From Candidatus Moraniibacteriota bacterium (lineage in GTDB: Bacteria; Patescibacteriota; Minisyncoccia; Moranbacterales; GCA-2747515), in NCBI GenBank assembly GCA_046116545.1, contig CP175956.1:257734-321733 (forward strand): DNA of 64,000 bases. The letters are read 5' to 3'. This document shows, one piece after another, positions 30,465 to 38,124 of the stretch (positions are counted from its first letter, which is position 1; every line of letters starts with the position of its first letter). The notes below the pieces were generated by a model. That model was not told the DNA's origin. It searched no databases and was given only the letters and a program-made list of their open reading frames with translations. The position numbers were made by a program, and so were the translations under genes.

Positions 30465-30863
30465 TTATTTTTTTGCACGAAACATATAGAAAAGAAGAAT
30501 TGGCAATCCTACAACAATAAGAGCAAAACCATCGATCATTGCATGTTTTTTGCGATTAACGAATTGTATTTGTTCACGTTTGTTTTCACGCGCAATACAT
30601 TGCTCGTACTGTTCTAATCTATCTTCTTCTGAAAGCTGCTTCTGTGTTATCACATAATTCCCTGTTTGTTGCGGATTAGTATATGGCGCATCTATTATTT
30701 GATCACATTGATATGCTCGAAAATCTTCATCTGAACGAATATCGAATACATATAATTTAAGAAATGCACCTAAAAACATAACAGATCCAATGGCGATCAT
30801 AATTACCCCCACACTTGACCCTATAACATTGATAAGATTCTTAATAATTTCTATAGCTCTCAT
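30465..30863 (-). CDS. small membrane protein (unknown)
   Basis: 132 aa with two hydrophobic helices. Confidence 0.4.
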   Translation of the reverse strand: MRAIEIIKNLINVIGSSVGVIMIAIGSVMFLGAFLKLYVFDIRSDEDFRAYQCDQIIDAPYTNPQQTGNYVITQKQLSEEDRLEQYEQCIARENKREQIQFVNRKKHAMIDGFALIVVGLPILLFYMFRAKK

Positions 30864-30926
30864 ATTCTTTTATTAACATTTAAACACATATTAAAGGCTG
30901 CTAACCCTCTTAACATACGAAATACG

Positions 30927-31295
30927 TTATTGTCTAATTCTATGCGGAACTTGCTTTTCCCTTTCGTGACGTACATCAGGTTTATAAAGTTTTGTTTCAT
31001 ATGTACAATTTTGTCCACATACTTGATCTACTGCCTTCTTGATTTGCTCATCGCCTTTGTTATCTCTCAATTTTCGCAATGGACCAGCATTATCAACATA
31101 AATTACTACATGATCATTCTTGTGATTAATTTCCTTCACATGTTCACTTATCAAATCACGTGTGTGTCCATGCGTAATAGCAAGTGCAAATACCTTAATA
31201 TCGTGTTTCATAAGCATAAAACTAATAATTATACATAATAACCTCTCATTATATAATACACATTTCATGGACTTTTTATTTCGGTTATATCCCAT
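30927..31295 (-). CDS. hypothetical protein (start uncertain)
   Basis: 122 aa with no recognisable motifs. It is preceded on the minus strand by repeat module A. Confidence 0.3.
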   Translation of the reverse strand: MGYNRNKKSMKCVLYNERLLCIIISFMLMKHDIKVFALAITHGHTRDLISEHVKEINHKNDHVVIYVDNAGPLRKLRDNKGDEQIKKAVDQVCGQNCTYETKLYKPDVRHEREKQVPHRIRQ

Positions 31296-31340
31296 CTGTA
31301 GTTTTCACAAAATCCAAAAGCTCCAAAGTAATGCCTACAA

Positions 31341-31410
31341 AAAAAGTTCTTGAAAAAGAGCTTTTTTATGTGTGCATGGAGCATGGAATGCTGTTGGAAC
31401 TTTTTTGATG
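31341..31410 (-). repeat. repeat module A: degenerate copy of tRNA-Ser(GCU) 3' end plus downstream terminator
   Basis: Minus-strand sequence is AAAAAAGTTCCAACAGCATTCCATGCTCCATGCACACATAAAAAAGCTCTTTTTCAAGAACTTTTTTT. The sequence after tRNA-Ser at 35213-35260 is ..CTCTCCGCACACATAAAAAGCTCTTGTTCAAGAGCTTTTT. Confidence 0.6.
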
Positions 31411-31556
31411 AATATAGATTTGCTCTAATTTATTTATGAAAGAATTTATACAATATTCTAAATTTAACTAGTTTCTTTTAATAAATATGTTAAAATTAGA
31501 TTATTAAGTAAAAGCTGAACAGTATCACAAAACAATAATAAGGAGGTACAGCTAAA

Positions 31557-31757
31557 ATGAAAACGACTACAGAAAATCCTGATATGATTAAAAAAGTTCT
31601 ACGACAAGAAGATGCTCATCCTGACGCAAGTGATTTTATCCAAAATCATCCCGATGCAAGAGGATTCGCTCCAGGTAAACAATCAACAGAACCAAATGGA
31701 TTGTGGCATTCCCATCATGCAGATGCACACGGATGGTGCCACTCAAGTACAAAATAA
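31557..31757 (+). CDS. small His-rich protein (66 aa), unknown function
   Basis: A strong ribosome-binding site AAGGAGGT lies 8 nt upstream. It has repeated HPDA motifs and a C-terminal WHSHHADAHGWCHSS. A 12-bp perfect terminator hairpin follows immediately. Confidence 0.55.
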   Translation: MKTTTENPDMIKKVLRQEDAHPDASDFIQNHPDARGFAPGKQSTEPNGLWHSHHADAHGWCHSSTK

Positions 31758-31777
31758 TTTTGTACTCAATTTACTCA

Positions 31778-31816
31778 CTAGCTTCATGCTTTTAGCATGA
31801 AGCTAGTTCTTTTTTG
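31778..31816 (+). terminator. strong rho-independent terminator
   Basis: Sequence CTAGCTTCATGCttttaGCATGAAGCTAG is a 12-bp perfect stem followed by TTCTTTTTT. Confidence 0.8.
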
Positions 31817-31848
31817 ATATCAAATTAACAATGCGTTATTTAACGCCG

Positions 31849-32322
31849 TTATACTATTTCTATTTCATCAATCACTTTGCCATAAAAATCTTGACGTTTA
31901 CCGCTCTGATCATTTACACCAAGACTAAGATAAAAACCTTCCTCAGAATCATAATCCCAAAATGTTTCACTCTCGCCTTCTTTAAAAATCTCTTCGCCAC
32001 TTGTGTGTTCTGCAACTGCATGTGCCTCAAAAAGAAATGTGAAATCCTTATCATCATATGTTACATCTTCTGGAAATGGTTGTGCTATATCACAATTAAC
32101 CTCACGAACCAATACAAAAGAATTATCCTCCGCATCATCCGCCAAAACATATCCATCAGACAAAAAGCATTTAATATAAAAACTCTTATCATCCAAACGG
32201 AACATTACAATTTCCAATACATCAAGCTCCTTATCATCTACAATAATTATCGTCCCAACTTTAACTTTACGTCGAAATTCTTGTACTTTCATAATTAATA
32301 TTATTACTATTTCTCTTATCAT
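31849..32322 (-). CDS. hypothetical acidic protein
   Basis: 157 aa. The likely start is the internal MKVQEF. There are no recognisable motifs. Confidence 0.4.
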   Translation of the reverse strand: MIREIVIILIMKVQEFRRKVKVGTIIIVDDKELDVLEIVMFRLDDKSFYIKCFLSDGYVLADDAEDNSFVLVREVNCDIAQPFPEDVTYDDKDFTFLFEAHAVAEHTSGEEIFKEGESETFWDYDSEEGFYLSLGVNDQSGKRQDFYGKVIDEIEIV

Positions 32323-32390
32323 CTTACCCTTATTCTTTAATTTTCACCAATCAAGTCATTCATAATCAAAATAAAGAGTACTGAATTAGA

Positions 32391-32466
32391 AATAAAAAAT
32401 CACATATCTGATCTGTGTAATTTTTATATATGGGGAGCATGGGATGATATTAGAACTTTTTTGATA
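32391..32466 (-). repeat. repeat module B (tRNA-3'-end-like repeat + hairpin)
   Basis: Minus strand: AAAAAAGTTCTAATATCATCCCATGCTCCCCATA followed by a hairpin and T-run. Confidence 0.5.
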
Positions 32467-32537
32467 AATTCACATTAAGTTTTTAGTATTTTTTCAACCT
32501 ACTATGCTAAAATAAGAGTGTAATAAAATAATAAATA

Positions 32538-32963
32538 ATGTTTATGAATGAAAAACTTACACAACGCGCTTTTTTTTCAAAAGGCATTGGAGGATTGATT
32601 GGAGTACTTACCTTGATATTTTTACCCTACATGTGGCCAGATGTAACTATGCATATGCGTATTGGTATATTGGTAGGGTTTGCACTTCTAGGTGGAACAA
32701 TTGCTGTTGCTGGTATTTTTACTCAAATTCCAGTATTTAATATCAGATTTACTGCTGCTATACGTGGCGCAATGATTGGTGGATCATTCGCACTTGCTTT
32801 TATACTAATCTCTTTTGATTCATTGGTTACATATATGCAAACTGCAACCATATTCGCAGGTTTATCTCCATATTGGATAATTATAGATGGACTAATTATT
32901 GGCGCACTACTTGATATTATTGCTACAAAAAAAGTAGGCGAAGGAAAGGAATTGTGTCAATAA
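32538..32963 (+). CDS. small membrane protein (4 TM), unknown
   Basis: 141 aa, strongly hydrophobic and Gly/Ala-rich in its helices. Confidence 0.45.
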   Translation: MFMNEKLTQRAFFSKGIGGLIGVLTLIFLPYMWPDVTMHMRIGILVGFALLGGTIAVAGIFTQIPVFNIRFTAAIRGAMIGGSFALAFILISFDSLVTYMQTATIFAGLSPYWIIIDGLIIGALLDIIATKKVGEGKELCQ

Positions 32964-32990
32964 ACATTTCCTATCAAAATAATGTAATTT

Positions 32991-33066
32991 TAAAAAACAC
33001 ATAACTATCCAGTTGTGTGTTTTTTGTTTGCGGGGAGGATGAGACGATATTGAAACTTTTTTGATG
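32991..33066 (-). repeat. repeat module C
   Basis: Minus strand: AAAAAAGTTTCAATATCGTCTCATCCTCCCCGCA followed by hairpin ACACATAACTatccAGTTGTGTGT and T-run. Confidence 0.5.
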
Positions 33067-33079
33067 GAAAATACGATTA

Positions 33080-34360
33080 TTAACTACTACTAATATTAAT
33101 TTTTTCTATTTCATCAATCAAAACTCTAGATTGTTCCAAAAATGCATTTTGTATATCAACAAAATCTTCACTGCTCAATCCCTTTAAAAAATCGCTCATC
33201 CTCTGTTCTTCATTAAATATTTCTCTTTTTTCATACACTCCACTTATTTTCATCTTTTTATTTAACACACTTTTCAAAAAATCAATAGAATAACCATATG
33301 ATTCTTTAAATCCATTTGCAGAAAGAATCATCAATACACAAACCTCTGGTTCAGTATTCATGCTTACAGCATCGGAAAGAAATTCGTAAACATCCTCAGA
33401 ATTTTTAATCTGATAATCTGAGGTGCCACTATCAACTGCTTGCCAATCATGCTTTATTAAGGGTGAAAAATGATATACAAAATTTAATACCTTATGTGCT
33501 AATTCATTACTTTCTGTATGCTTTATAAAATTTTCCTTAGACAATTCTTCCAAAAAAGGATACTTTTCCTTGGCTATTGAAGCTTCGCTTTCGAAATATC
33601 TATCATGCTCATTCATATTAATCATGATTTGCCCATGCGTAGTTACTCCAAATATAATATTTTCTTTATCCCTTCTATCATAATCAACATAAAATAAATT
33701 TGTTTTTTTCCCAGAAACTTGCGGAAAAACTTTGGTTATTCCTTCATATTGTTCTAATAAAATTTCTTGATTAGAACCTTTGATAAAAAGATCTTCATCA
33801 TTAACTTGATTATATATATTAAAAAAATAACCATTATTAGCAAAGTGCACTAACAACTCTGACATTGCCTGATCAACTTCAATACGCGAAAAATTTTTCC
33901 TATTTATTGCTTGTTGCAGGTTAGCAAATCCTGCATATGTTGTTTCATCAACTAAATTTTTATTCTCTATAAGTAAGTCTAGAATATATCTAAAATTATT
34001 GGAAAAAGACTGCATTTTATTATCACCATCAGTCATCTGAGGTATTTGGTCTTTTGTTGAACCTACCAGTTTCACAACAAATTGATCAATTTTTTCTTTA
34101 TCAGATAATTGTTCATTATTATTAGCAAGAGCTTCAGCCATTCCTACAACTGGTTCACTAGCAACTACAAGTGCTGCTCCGACAGCACTCTTTATAAAAG
34201 ATCTTCTAGTCATGTTTCTTTTTTGAGAAAACTCTTGAGAAACCTGTTTTTCCTCAATTGATTTTTTAAAATGTTTCTCCATATTATATAGTTCAAAAAT
34301 AAATACCTCTAGAAATTTTTTCTTATATTCCAGCCCAAGAAAAAAATACTTTACAAGCAC
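33080..34360 (-). CDS. hypothetical protein with twin-arginine (Tat) signal peptide
   Basis: 426 aa in the track. The internal Met gives MTRRSFIKSAVGAALVVASEPVVGMAEA, which is a Tat motif S/T-RRxFxK followed by a hydrophobic region. The true start is probably this Met. The mature domain has no recognised motifs. Confidence 0.45.
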   Translation of the reverse strand: MLVKYFFLGLEYKKKFLEVFIFELYNMEKHFKKSIEEKQVSQEFSQKRNMTRRSFIKSAVGAALVVASEPVVGMAEALANNNEQLSDKEKIDQFVVKLVGSTKDQIPQMTDGDNKMQSFSNNFRYILDLLIENKNLVDETTYAGFANLQQAINRKNFSRIEVDQAMSELLVHFANNGYFFNIYNQVNDEDLFIKGSNQEILLEQYEGITKVFPQVSGKKTNLFYVDYDRRDKENIIFGVTTHGQIMINMNEHDRYFESEASIAKEKYPFLEELSKENFIKHTESNELAHKVLNFVYHFSPLIKHDWQAVDSGTSDYQIKNSEDVYEFLSDAVSMNTEPEVCVLMILSANGFKESYGYSIDFLKSVLNKKMKISGVYEKREIFNEEQRMSDFLKGLSSEDFVDIQNAFLEQSRVLIDEIEKINISSS

Positions 34361-34430
34361 TCTTTTAAAAGCTATTCAAATAATATCATAAAATATATCC
34401 ATTTGGAACTTTTAGAGTTTTATAATAAAA

Positions 34431-34504
34431 ACAAAAAATACACATCTAAGATATGTGAATTGTAAACGCGGGGAGTCTGGAACGATGTTGGAACTTTTTT
34501 AACA
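34431..34504 (-). repeat. repeat module D
   Basis: Minus strand: AAAAAAGTTCCAACATCGTTCCAGACTCCCCGCG followed by a hairpin and T-run. Confidence 0.5.
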
Positions 34505-34527
34505 ATAGTTAATACATAAATTATTTG

Positions 34528-35145
34528 TTACTCACTTTTTAAAATCCCAATATACACTTTAATTTTTTCATCTCCTGATACAGCATACGCTAATGACCTC
34601 ATACAACCGTCATCCAAAAACCATGAGATTGTTTTAATTCCTCCATTATGCTTTTTATATGTTCCATTTGGCACAACTATTGGTAATAAATATTTTTCCT
34701 TCTGCAATATTCTTTTTATTGGAATTATTTGAGGAACTACTTGAAACGCTCGTCTTTTTTGAATTTTCGACTTATCTTTTTTAAGTTCGACTCTTAACTT
34801 TTGTGCAGTTTGACTTAAAGAAACTCTTTGTGTCCATGACTCATATAACCCGCCTGTCCTATTCCACACTTTAACTTCAGATACATTTACTTCACCCAAA
34901 TACCAATCCAATGTTTCATATGCTTTTAATCTTTTTTTATATTCATCTCCTATAATTTTATCAAGTGACTTTTCTCTTAGTTTTAAAACCTTCTTTTTAG
35001 TCTTTGATAAGTTTTGTATAAGTGTATCCTTATCTGGATTATACTCTTTAATTCCTTTTTTGCGCATTTTTTTTGATGTAAAGCGTTGTGATAATACAAA
35101 ACATCTTTTTGTCTCAATAACTGAAACTTTTTTAAATAATTTCAT
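34528..35145 (-). CDS. basic hypothetical protein adjacent to tRNA-Ser
   Basis: 205 aa, K/R-rich. No recombinase catalytic motifs were recognised. Confidence 0.4.
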   Translation of the reverse strand: MKLFKKVSVIETKRCFVLSQRFTSKKMRKKGIKEYNPDKDTLIQNLSKTKKKVLKLREKSLDKIIGDEYKKRLKAYETLDWYLGEVNVSEVKVWNRTGGLYESWTQRVSLSQTAQKLRVELKKDKSKIQKRRAFQVVPQIIPIKRILQKEKYLLPIVVPNGTYKKHNGGIKTISWFLDDGCMRSLAYAVSGDEKIKVYIGILKSE

Positions 35146-35212
35146 AAATTTTATTTTACTTTTTATATATCAAGTATATCACTGATAGTTCCAAAGTGAT
35201 AAACTCCTTATA

Positions 35213-35241
35213 ATAAAAAGCTCTTGAACAAGAGCTTTTTA
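35213..35241 (-). terminator. rho-independent terminator after tRNA-Ser(GCU)
   Basis: Sequence AAAAAGCTCTTGaacaAGAGCTTTTT. Confidence 0.6.
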
Positions 35242-35247
35242 TGTGTG

Positions 35248-35334
35248 CGGAGAGGGAGGGATTCGAACCCTCGAGGCCCGTAAAGACCTAACACCTTAGC
35301 AGGGTGCCCTATTCGACCGCTCTAGCACCTCTCC
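35248..35334 (-). tRNA. tRNA-Ser (anticodon GCU)
   Basis: Reverse complement: GGAGAGGTGCTAGAGCGGTCGAATAGGGCACCCTGCTAAGGTGT..GGTTCGAATCCCTCCCTCTCCG. The acceptor 7 bp and anticodon loop CTGCTAA are present. A long variable arm is typical of class II tRNAs. The discriminator is G. CCA is not encoded. Confidence 0.85.
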
Positions 35335-35433
35335 ATATTTGTATTCAATTGTACAAAAACTAGTGTATCATCAAATATGCTACAAATCAAGTTTTATGTT
35401 ATCATTTATATAATAATCTTTTAAATAAAAAAT

Positions 35434-36174
35434 ATGAGTCTTATTTTTGATAATATCACAGAACAAGATAAAGTTCTCTCTGTCAAAGAATTGATTGATG
35501 ATTCTACTCCACGTCCTTCATTCTTTTTTCTAATTGTTCTGTCTGCGCTGATGGCTGCGTGTGGACTCCTTATAAATAACTCTGCTGTTATCATAGCTTC
35601 TATGCTTATCGCTCCGATACTGTCCCCTATTTTGTCTCTGGCTCTTGGGATTGTAATTGCTGATGGTAAGTTAATTTCACGATCTTTTTTTACACTTCTC
35701 AAATCAGCTGGTTATGCAATAGGTCTTTCTGCAATTGCTACTTGGTTGCTTTGGAACTTCACATCGAGTTCTAACTTCATGATTGAATTAAATCCTGAAA
35801 TACTTGAGCGTATAGAACCATCTATTGTTTATTTACTTATAGCAATTATTGCGGGTACTGCAACTGCCTTTGCTAGAGTTAAGCCTGATTTATCAGAAGC
35901 ACTTCCAGGAACTGCTATTGCCGTTGCTTTAGTGCCACCACTTGCAACTGTTGGTATCGGCATAGCAACTCTCAATATGTCTGTTGTATCTGGTGCACTA
36001 GCAATGTTTATTTTGAATGCTGTTGGAATTGTACTTGCTGCAATGGTGATGTTTTCACTTATGAATCTCTATACTAAAAAAACTGTGATAGAAAAAACTG
36101 TAGAACAGGCTGATGAGAAATTAGAAAAAGAAAAAGAAAACTCTGAAAAGAAAAATGGCATTAAAAGAAAATAA
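35434..36174 (+). CDS. polytopic membrane protein, DUF389-like (uncharacterised hydrophobic domain)
   Basis: 246 aa. The pattern AFARVKPDLSEALPGTAIAVALVPPLATVGIGIA is typical of the TIGR00341/DUF389 family. A terminator lies at 36182-36216. Confidence 0.45.
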   Translation: MSLIFDNITEQDKVLSVKELIDDSTPRPSFFFLIVLSALMAACGLLINNSAVIIASMLIAPILSPILSLALGIVIADGKLISRSFFTLLKSAGYAIGLSAIATWLLWNFTSSSNFMIELNPEILERIEPSIVYLLIAIIAGTATAFARVKPDLSEALPGTAIAVALVPPLATVGIGIATLNMSVVSGALAMFILNAVGIVLAAMVMFSLMNLYTKKTVIEKTVEQADEKLEKEKENSEKKNGIKRK

Positions 36175-36181
36175 CTAAAAT

Positions 36182-36216
36182 AAAAAACAACCTACTAATA
36201 GGTTGTTTTATATTTT
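36182..36216 (+). terminator. rho-independent terminator
   Basis: Sequence AAAAAACAACCtactaataGGTTGTTttatatttt. Confidence 0.55.
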
Positions 36217-36219
36217 CTG

Positions 36220-36292
36220 TGTCCTTGGTAGGAGTTGAACCTACGACCTTTTGGACCGCAACCAAACGCTCTATCCACTGAGCTACAAGGAC
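36220..36292 (-). tRNA. tRNA-Arg (anticodon GCG)
   Basis: Reverse complement: GTCCTTGTAGCTCAGTGGATAGAGCGTTTGGTTGCGGTCCAAAAGGTCGTAGGTTCAACTCCTACCAAGGACA. The anticodon stem is TTTGG/CCAAA and the loop TTGCGGT gives anticodon GCG with G37. It is 73 nt. Confidence 0.75.
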
Positions 36293-36380
36293 ATATTTAA
36301 ATTATATAACAAATATTATTTTACACAAAAAATGTATAAAAGTCAATCTAAAAAAGACGTATTGCTACGTCTTTTTTGAT

Positions 36381-37172
36381 TTATATATGTAACAGTCTTT
36401 CTAAAATATCTATCAGGTTCTGCTCTTGTTTTTCTTCAGGTATGAATTCTACTAATTTTTCATGCACTATAACTGGATCGACTTGATGTAATGGTATATG
36501 TAAATATGGCCTCAAATGACCTTTAACATGTAAACTAATAATACGTGTATGTGGTGGCTCATAAAAAATCCAGAAAGACTTAATATCATCAAAATCATAC
36601 ATTTCATCACCTACTAAAATTCCATCATACGTTACAGCAAAATCAATAACCTTTGGAGGTCTTGATAATTGCAGATATCCAACTATCCATATAAGTCCAA
36701 AAACTATTGCCATTATTATACTATCCGTCCATAAAGCATAGAGACAGATTAATGCTATTGTTATAGAAATCCCTAAATACCAATTCTTACTACGCGGATA
36801 ATGCTCAAAATCAGGACCTCTCCAATGCACGATTACATCTTCTTTGTTTGTAATTAGATATTGAGAATGTTCTTTTTCATAATCATAATCATTTTGATAT
36901 TCTAACGCTTCAGCTGGCAATGGCTGTTTTGCTTCTTTTCTAATCCATTTTTCATGTTGTGCATTTCTTTGCACATTATCATCCAACACTCTCTTGAGCG
37001 GAGCTGATTGAACTATATGTTTAGAAGTTGATTGCTGAATTTTCTTTTGTTGTGAAGGTTTTTTTATTTGTTTGTTTTGATTTGGTTGTTGTAACTGTTT
37101 TTTATCATTAGAAAAAGAGTTCTGATTGTCTGAGCTTGTTTGATTCATTTTATCTTCACGTAAATTCATCAT
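36381..37172 (-). CDS. hypothetical membrane protein with Q/N/K-rich N-terminus
   Basis: 263 aa. It has a low-complexity N-terminus (QQPNQNKQIKKPSQQKKIQQ), two TM segments and a C-terminal domain. The topology resembles bacterial PH-domain (bPH_2) proteins, but this is weak. Confidence 0.4.
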   Translation of the reverse strand: MMNLREDKMNQTSSDNQNSFSNDKKQLQQPNQNKQIKKPSQQKKIQQSTSKHIVQSAPLKRVLDDNVQRNAQHEKWIRKEAKQPLPAEALEYQNDYDYEKEHSQYLITNKEDVIVHWRGPDFEHYPRSKNWYLGISITIALICLYALWTDSIIMAIVFGLIWIVGYLQLSRPPKVIDFAVTYDGILVGDEMYDFDDIKSFWIFYEPPHTRIISLHVKGHLRPYLHIPLHQVDPVIVHEKLVEFIPEEKQEQNLIDILERLLHI

Positions 37173-37259
37173 TATATTATTTTTATTTTTCTAAGTATTA
37201 ATATATTAACATATTTACAAAATCCTTGCTACCTGTTATGATATATCTTGTAGTTGACT

Positions 37260-37346
37260 GGAGGCGTGGCAGAGTGGTCGAATGCATCGGTCTTGAAAAC
37301 CGAAGTCCCCTAACGGGGACCGGGGGTTCGAATCCCTCCGCCTCCG
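37260..37346 (+). tRNA. tRNA-Ser (anticodon UGA)
   Basis: Sequence GGAGGCGTGGCAGAGTGGTCGAATGCATCGGTCTTGAAAACCGAAGTCCCCTAACGGGGACCGGGGGTTCGAATCCCTCCGCCTCCG. The anticodon loop is CTTGAAA. It has a long variable arm and is followed by a terminator hairpin. Confidence 0.85.
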
Positions 37347-37351
37347 CATTT

Positions 37352-37379
37352 AATCCGCCTGAACGGCGGATTTTATTTA
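37352..37379 (+). terminator. rho-independent terminator after tRNA-Ser(UGA)
   Basis: Sequence ATCCGCCtgaacGGCGGATTTTATTT. Confidence 0.6.
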
Positions 37380-37392
37380 TCTAACAATTTTT

Positions 37393-38115
37393 ATGCAAAA
37401 AATGTTATCTATAAAGGATCTTACAATCAAAGCTAATGACAAAGAAATATTACATGAAATTTCTTTTGATTTTAAAATTGGTAAAATATACGCAATCATG
37501 GGAGTAAATGGTTCTGGTAAGAGCTCACTAGCAAAATCAATTATGGGTAGTGAGGAACTTTTTATTGAAAATGGCTCTATTACTATAGGTGACAAAAAAA
37601 TAAATGCCTTGCAATCAAATGAGAGAGCATCTCTTGGAATCTTCTTATCTCCTCAATCACCAATTGCACTTCCGGGTGTAACAGTTGGTCAATTACTCAG
37701 AACTGCTATATCTCGTAGTGACATGAGCAGTAAAGAACTTATGCAAAAAATTAAATCTATTGCCAAAGAATTAGAGATACCAAAAGAATTATTGACTCGT
37801 TCACTAAATGAAAACTTTAGTGGTGGTGAGAGAAAGAAAATGGAAGTTTTACAAGCTGCTATATTAAATCCTAAATATATTATCTTAGATGAAATAGATA
37901 CTGGCGTAGATATTGATGCTCTTGGCATTATCGCAAACTTTTTAAAAAAATTCGTCCAAGATTCCGATAAAATATTGATTTTAATAACTCATTATAATAG
38001 AATATTGTCTTATTTAGATATCGATGAAGTACTTGTACTGCGCGATGGTAAAATAACTGAAATTGGTGATTCTTCCCTTGCTGAAAAAATTGAAAAGGAT
38101 GGCTATACTTCTTAA
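37393..38115 (+). CDS. sufC: Fe-S cluster assembly ATPase SufC
   Basis: 240 aa. Walker A GVNGSGKSSL, the ABC signature FSGGERKK and Walker B ILDEIDTG are present. Confidence 0.9.
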   Translation: MQKMLSIKDLTIKANDKEILHEISFDFKIGKIYAIMGVNGSGKSSLAKSIMGSEELFIENGSITIGDKKINALQSNERASLGIFLSPQSPIALPGVTVGQLLRTAISRSDMSSKELMQKIKSIAKELEIPKELLTRSLNENFSGGERKKMEVLQAAILNPKYIILDEIDTGVDIDALGIIANFLKKFVQDSDKILILITHYNRILSYLDIDEVLVLRDGKITEIGDSSLAEKIEKDGYTS

Positions 38116-38124
38116 GTTTCAAAA

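Noticed and set aside
31341-34504. Possibility that repeat modules A-D are a CRISPR array
   Set aside because: The repeats are degenerate at about 70% identity. They are separated by 0.5-1.3 kb segments containing genes. They lack palindromic CRISPR-repeat character, and no cas genes are present.
34528-35145. Basic 205-aa protein next to tRNA-Ser as a candidate integrase
   Set aside because: It is too short. No tyrosine-recombinase R-H-R-Y or serine-recombinase motifs were found by eye.
37377-37595. 72-aa minus-strand ORF overlapping the sufC start
   Set aside because: It overlaps the well-supported sufC and the tRNA terminator. There is no ribosome-binding site.
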